From the NCBI GenBank assembly GCA_026936335.1, contig JAPMXV010000066.1, positions 1 to 23,159 of the forward strand: a DNA stretch of 23,159 nt. The letters run 5' to 3'. Under the pieces are notes generated by a model, which was not told where the DNA came from, did not search any database, and was given only the letters and a program-made list of their open reading frames with translations. Positions 19,186-23,159 of the stretch are shown one piece after another. The position numbers and the translations under genes were made by a program. The DNA is from Mantamonas sphyraenae STR306 (lineage: Eukaryota > Protista > CRuMs). Position 1 is the stretch's first letter. Every line of letters starts with the position of its first letter.

Positions 19186-21570
19186 TCATTCGATGCGCTG
19201 GCGTTTGGAGGAGGAGGAGGAGGAGGAGGAGGAGGAGGAAGGGTCTTTGCGCTTGGGCAGGGTGAAGGCGGGGATGGGGTAGGCGTTGACGAGTGCGACG
19301 GTGGTAGGGCGGGTGGTGATGTGGGGTGTGATGCGGTCGATGAGGGTGTGGAGGAGGGTGTGCAGTGTGGTGTCGTTGGGTTTGGGGTTGTCGAGCCAGG
19401 CGATCTTGAGGGAGAGGGAGGTGACGCCGCGGGTGACGGTGTGGCTGATGGCACCTTTTACATGATTGTAGGTGAGTTGAGGCCTGAGGAGGCGGAGAAA
19501 GAAGGCCAGGTCGACAGGCGGCACGGGAACGTTGCCCAGCGCCAGGATGATGTGTCGCACCAGGGACGGCAAGCTGCCGTTGTTGATCAGCTCACGCAGT
19601 GCCTGGTGCTTGTGTGCGTGCTGATGGCGAGGGTGCTTGGCTGCGCGTGCCTTCATGTGTGCCAGGAGCGTCTGGAACTCCCGCGCCGTGCAGCTGCCAC
19701 GCTCGTCGCTGGGCGAGGCTTTGCTCCAGCCACTGCGCACAGACTCAGGGTGCCACTTGTGCACCTCGGCGGTGGTGAGGTGGTGGTCGTAATCGCATTG
19801 TGTCCAGTGTGGGTCGCTTTCGTTGTCAGCAGGGCGTCGTGCTTTCTGGAGCCACAGCTGGGTCTGCTTGTGCTCCTCCCAGGTGCTGGGATGTGTTCTG
19901 TTGCCGAGAGTGTCCATCTCTGTCATGAGCAGGTGGAGGAGGGCGTAGTTGGGGTCGCCGTGGTCATGTGGCTCCTCCAGCCAGCACACCTTCAACTCAG
20001 CCTTTGTCACACCCATGGCCAGACCAGCGTGGATGATGGCATGGCTGCATGCATGTCGATCCATATCACAGCCGAGGAGGGTGAGGCAGAAGGCCATGTC
20101 GCCCTGGGAGAGGGGAATGTTGCCCAGAACGAGCTGAATCTGTCGGACCAGCGTCAGCAGGGTGCCATGGCAGACCACAACACGCGCTTGCAGGGTCGTC
20201 AGGTCGGGGATGTCGTCGAAAGGATGCTCATTGGCCAGAGTGTGCATGTGCTTCAGCAGTGCCGTATGCTCCTTCATGTTGCTGTGGCTGCGCTCGCTCT
20301 TGCGCCACTGCGTCCAGCCACTGCGCACAACGCCATCTGGCAGTCCATCCTCCACAGCCATATTCTCCTCCTCTGTTGGCTCGGCAAGAACAAGCTCGGT
20401 GATGCGGAGGGCGTTGATTGCATCGGTGGTGGTGGGGCGGGTGGTGATGTGGGGTGTGATGCGGTCGATGAGGGTGTGGAGGAGGGTGTGCAGTGTGGCG
20501 TCGCTGGGTTTGGGGTTGTCGAGCCAGGCGATCTTGAGGGAAAGGGAGGTGACGCCGCGGGTGAGGGTGAGGCCGATGGCATTGCGTACCTGCTGGTAGG
20601 TGAGACGTGGCCTGAGGAGGCGGACAAAGAAGGCCATGTCGACAGGCGGCACGGCAACGTTGCCAAGCGCCAGGATGATGTGTCGGAGAAGGGACTTCAG
20701 GCTGCCGTTGTTGATCAGCTCACGCAGTGCCTGGTGTTCGTGTTCGTGCTGATGGCGAGGATGCTTGGCTGCGCGTGCCTTCATGTGTGCCAGCAGCGTC
20801 TGGAACTCCCGCGCCGTGCAGCTACCACGCTCGTCGTTGGGATTGTGCGCTGCCCAGCCACTGCGCACAGACACAGGATGCCACTCTTCCACCTTGATGG
20901 TGGTGAGGTGGTGGTCGTAGTCGCATTGTGTCCAGTGTGGGTCGCTGTCGTTGTCAGCAGGGCGTCGTGCTTTCTGCAGCCACAGCTGGGTCTGCTTGTG
21001 CTGCTTCCAGGTGGTGGGATGAGGTCTGTTGCCGAGAGTGTCCATCTCTGTCATGAGCAGGTGGAGGAGGGCGTAGTTGGGGTCGCCGTGGTTGTGTGGC
21101 TCCTCCAGCCAGCATACCTTCAACCCAGCCTTTGTCACACCCATGGCCAGACCAGCGTTGGGGATGGCAAGTCTGCACGTCTGTTGATCCATATCGCGGC
21201 CGAGAAGGGTGAGGCAGAAGGCCATGTCACCCTGGGAGAGGGGAATGTTGCCCAGAGCGAGCTGAATCTGTCGGACAAGCGCCAACAGGGGGCCATGGCA
21301 GACCACAACACGCGCCTGCAGGGTCATGAGGTCGGGGATGTCGTTGATGGGATGCTCATTGGCCAGAGTGTGCATGTGGTTCAGCAGTGCCGTGTGCTCC
21401 TCCTTGTTGCTGCGGCTGCGCTCGCAATGATTTCCACCAACTGCCCACCCTTTGCGCACAACACCACCTGGCAACTTGTTCGTCTTGTTCATGCCTGCAT
21501 TCTTCCGTGCGCCGGTGTCTCCGTTCTTGGCACTCCTTGCCCGTGTGCTCGACGTTCCTGTCGGTGCCAC
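19186..21570 (-). CDS. Unknown protein with four related ~190-aa helical modules (A-B-A'-B'); first in-frame ATG at 21492, or the 3' part of a gene starting at 22772
   Basis: 794-codon ORF. Shared module signature: VRxGW...ER...E..LLxHM..A..HP...LxRxIxLxLGN...DxAF..LL...AI...GVT..LKxxWL..P. Some differences between copies are synonymous on this strand (e.g. GAT/GAC). C-terminus PKRK-polySer-KRQRIE. Confidence 0.82.
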   Translation of the reverse strand: MAPTGTSSTRARSAKNGDTGARKNAGMNKTNKLPGGVVRKGWAVGGNHCERSRSNKEEHTALLNHMHTLANEHPINDIPDLMTLQARVVVCHGPLLALVRQIQLALGNIPLSQGDMAFCLTLLGRDMDQQTCRLAIPNAGLAMGVTKAGLKVCWLEEPHNHGDPNYALLHLLMTEMDTLGNRPHPTTWKQHKQTQLWLQKARRPADNDSDPHWTQCDYDHHLTTIKVEEWHPVSVRSGWAAHNPNDERGSCTAREFQTLLAHMKARAAKHPRHQHEHEHQALRELINNGSLKSLLRHIILALGNVAVPPVDMAFFVRLLRPRLTYQQVRNAIGLTLTRGVTSLSLKIAWLDNPKPSDATLHTLLHTLIDRITPHITTRPTTTDAINALRITELVLAEPTEEENMAVEDGLPDGVVRSGWTQWRKSERSHSNMKEHTALLKHMHTLANEHPFDDIPDLTTLQARVVVCHGTLLTLVRQIQLVLGNIPLSQGDMAFCLTLLGCDMDRHACSHAIIHAGLAMGVTKAELKVCWLEEPHDHGDPNYALLHLLMTEMDTLGNRTHPSTWEEHKQTQLWLQKARRPADNESDPHWTQCDYDHHLTTAEVHKWHPESVRSGWSKASPSDERGSCTAREFQTLLAHMKARAAKHPRHQHAHKHQALRELINNGSLPSLVRHIILALGNVPVPPVDLAFFLRLLRPQLTYNHVKGAISHTVTRGVTSLSLKIAWLDNPKPNDTTLHTLLHTLIDRITPHITTRPTTVALVNAYPIPAFTLPKRKDPSSSSSSSSSSSKRQRIE
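19300..21475 (-). repeat. Direct tandem duplication with a ~1.13-kb period (copies ~20428-21475 and ~19300-20344)
   Basis: Long near-identical blocks are offset by 1128-1131 nt; for example GTGGTGATGTGGGGTGTGATGCGGTCGATG occurs at 19313 and 20441. Confidence 0.95.
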
Positions 21571-21590
21571 TGCCAGCCGTGACCCTGCGC

Positions 21591-22772
21591 CTACGCTGTC
21601 CGCTGCCTTTCCTCTGTTGGGGGAGCAGTAAGACGACTGTTTTGGCCTCTGCGTCGTCGTCTGTGCCCTCTACTTGTGCGTTTTGGCTGCCATTCGTCCG
21701 TGTCCTCCTGCTCCATGTCGTCTGCGTCGTCGTCGCTGTCATCTTGCGGCATGCACTCCTCATCCATGGCATCACCAGTGTCTGCAAAGCTGAGTGCGCC
21801 CTGAGTGTCCAACTCGTCGTCCACGTGCTGCTGGGTTGCGTCGTTTGCCTCGCCGTCTCTATCGTACGCCTCCATCCCTGAGCTGGTCATCCACTGTGAG
21901 TTGCTGGAGATTGACCGTGGTTCACGGTGGCCAAAGTCCAGGAACATCAGGTCTTCCACGTCGCCAGTGTCATGTGTGTGTGTGTCCTGGTCTGCGTCGT
22001 CGTCGTCGCTGTCTCCAGTCTGCCGTGTGGCCTGGTGGGAGGAGGACGACGATGTGGTGGTGGACGTGGTCCGTGTGATGCCAACAAAGGCAGGGCTGAT
22101 GCGTTTGGGGACGCGGTTGTGGTTTGTGGTGCGTTGAGCAGGCGGAAGGTGCGACGGAGTCTGAGCGAAGTGCATCTGGCCGGTTTGTCGCGGCTGAGGA
22201 GGCGGCGGAGGAGGGTAGGCGTAGTATGGGTGGCCCTGGTGAGCATATGCGTAGTGCTGCTGGGAGTGGGTGTTGACAGGGACCCAGATGATGGGTGGTT
22301 GTGGGTGCTGGTACGGGTTTTGTACGCCAGGAACGGGCAGCATGTTCGGAAACGGCTGGGCAGCCATGGGAGGGACCATGTACGCGTAGCTGTGGGGGAG
22401 ACGGGGAGGGGCAGGGCGGGGTGTGAACGGTAAGCGGAAGGCGGAATGGACGGCGTCAGTGCAGAAGCGGGGAGAAGGGAGGCTGGAACGAGCAGAGAGG
22501 GGAAAACGAAGGAGATTGGCAGACGGGGAAACTGGCAACGGGGAGGGCAGTGACAGGGGAGAGGGGATCGGAGAAGAGCGGAGAAGGCAGCAACGGTGGT
22601 GATGGGGAAGTGGAGAAGCAGGGCAGGAGTGGAAGGAAGCGACAGAGGCATGGAGAAGGCAAGGAAGCGGGAAAAGCGGGCAGTCAGAAAACGGAGTGGA
22701 AGGCAGAACGCACGCTGGGTAGGTGTTGGGTGTGTGTTGTTGCTTCGGAGTGCTTGAGTAGTCTTTGTCCAT
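21591..22772 (-). CDS. Low-complexity Pro/Gln/Tyr-rich then acidic ORF; exons 22772-22714 and 22389-21591; probably the N-terminal part of the repeat-module gene
   Basis: ATG at 22772 (MDKDYSSTPKQQ). Putative intron 22390-22713 (GC|GTGCGT...CCCCACAG, 324 nt, pyrimidine-rich). Then AYAYMVPPMAAQPFP...YYAYPPPPPPQP, Asp-rich tracts and KRTSRGHRRRRR. Its end overlaps the open frame of the downstream ORF. Confidence 0.62.
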   Translation of the reverse strand: MDKDYSSTPKQQHTPNTYPACVLPSTPFSDCPLFPLPCLLHASVASFHSCPASPLPHHHRCCLLRSSPIPSPLSLPSPLPVSPSANLLRFPLSARSSLPSPRFCTDAVHSAFRLPFTPRPAPPRLPHSYAYMVPPMAAQPFPNMLPVPGVQNPYQHPQPPIIWVPVNTHSQQHYAYAHQGHPYYAYPPPPPPQPRQTGQMHFAQTPSHLPPAQRTTNHNRVPKRISPAFVGITRTTSTTTSSSSSHQATRQTGDSDDDDADQDTHTHDTGDVEDLMFLDFGHREPRSISSNSQWMTSSGMEAYDRDGEANDATQQHVDDELDTQGALSFADTGDAMDEECMPQDDSDDDADDMEQEDTDEWQPKRTSRGHRRRRRGQNSRLTAPPTEERQRTA

Positions 22773-23043
22773 GATGGTGGTGGTGGAACTGGAGTGTATG
22801 TGGATTGTGTTGGACAGGTGGAGGGAGTTGTGGGTGTTAGTGATACTTTGGTTGAAGGCGGACGGGCAGTGCTGACTGCGCGGCGTTACAGGACGGCGGC
22901 CACTCACCAGCAACATTTCCACTCCCACCCATTGCCCACTGCCCCAGGTCACCACGCAACTCAGCCACACCGCCAGCAATCACAAGCACAACTCACACAA
23001 ACTAGACCGGACTCACATCACAACCTAGACAGGGAAAAATGAC

Positions 23044-23159
23044 TTAGGGTTAGGGTTAGGGTTAGGGTTAGGGTTAGGGTTAGGGTTAGGGTTAGGGTTA
23101 GGGTTAGGGTTAGGGTTAGGGTTAGGGTTAGGGGTTAGGGTTAGGGTTAGGGTTTAGGG
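23044..23159 (+). repeat. Telomere, (TTAGGG)~19
   Basis: Terminal tandem TTAGGG with the G-strand running 5'->3' toward the end; two 7-mer variants (TTAGGGG, TTTAGGG). Confidence 0.99.

Noticed and set aside
19321-21582. 753-aa + strand ORF antisense to the module gene
   Set aside because: Shadow ORF: it has a biased V/G/E composition, and differences between the repeat copies are synonymous in the - frame.
19186-23043. Telomere-associated retrotransposon or DNA transposon
   Set aside because: No RT (YxDD), endonuclease, DDE, helicase or gag zinc-knuckle motifs, and no terminal repeats or poly(A) tail are recognisable.
23125-23159. Variant telomere units TTAGGGG and TTTAGGG
   Set aside because: Single homopolymer-length changes at the sequence end cannot be distinguished from basecalling error.

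Overview
This is the right-hand end of a linear chromosome from a compact-genomed, flagellated eukaryote. It uses the standard code and GT-AG spliceosomal introns, and it ends in (TTAGGG)n at 23044-23159. Gene order: a 5'-truncated axonemal inner-arm dynein heavy chain (DNAH10-like, +), a secreted tocopherol-cyclase-like protein (-), CCT1/TCP1 (-), NOP58 (+), a Ser-rich UVR/coiled-coil protein (-), a CHO2-type phospholipid N-methyltransferase (+), and an unknown telomere-proximal gene (-). Intergenic spacers are only 50-132 bp. Three things stand out. (1) The last gene has four related ~190-aa modules arranged A-B-A'-B'. They look winged-helix-like and differ mainly at two equivalent patches, so it is a candidate modular recognition protein. 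(2) The + strand is G-rich regardless of gene direction, which gives neighbouring housekeeping genes opposite synonymous codon usage; this skew flips about 150 bp before the telomere. (3) Two head-to-head gene pairs have only 64 and 84 bp between start codons. Scattered single-base indels, dense in 1-2200, look like long-read errors. All family calls come from motif recognition by eye; no database search was run.
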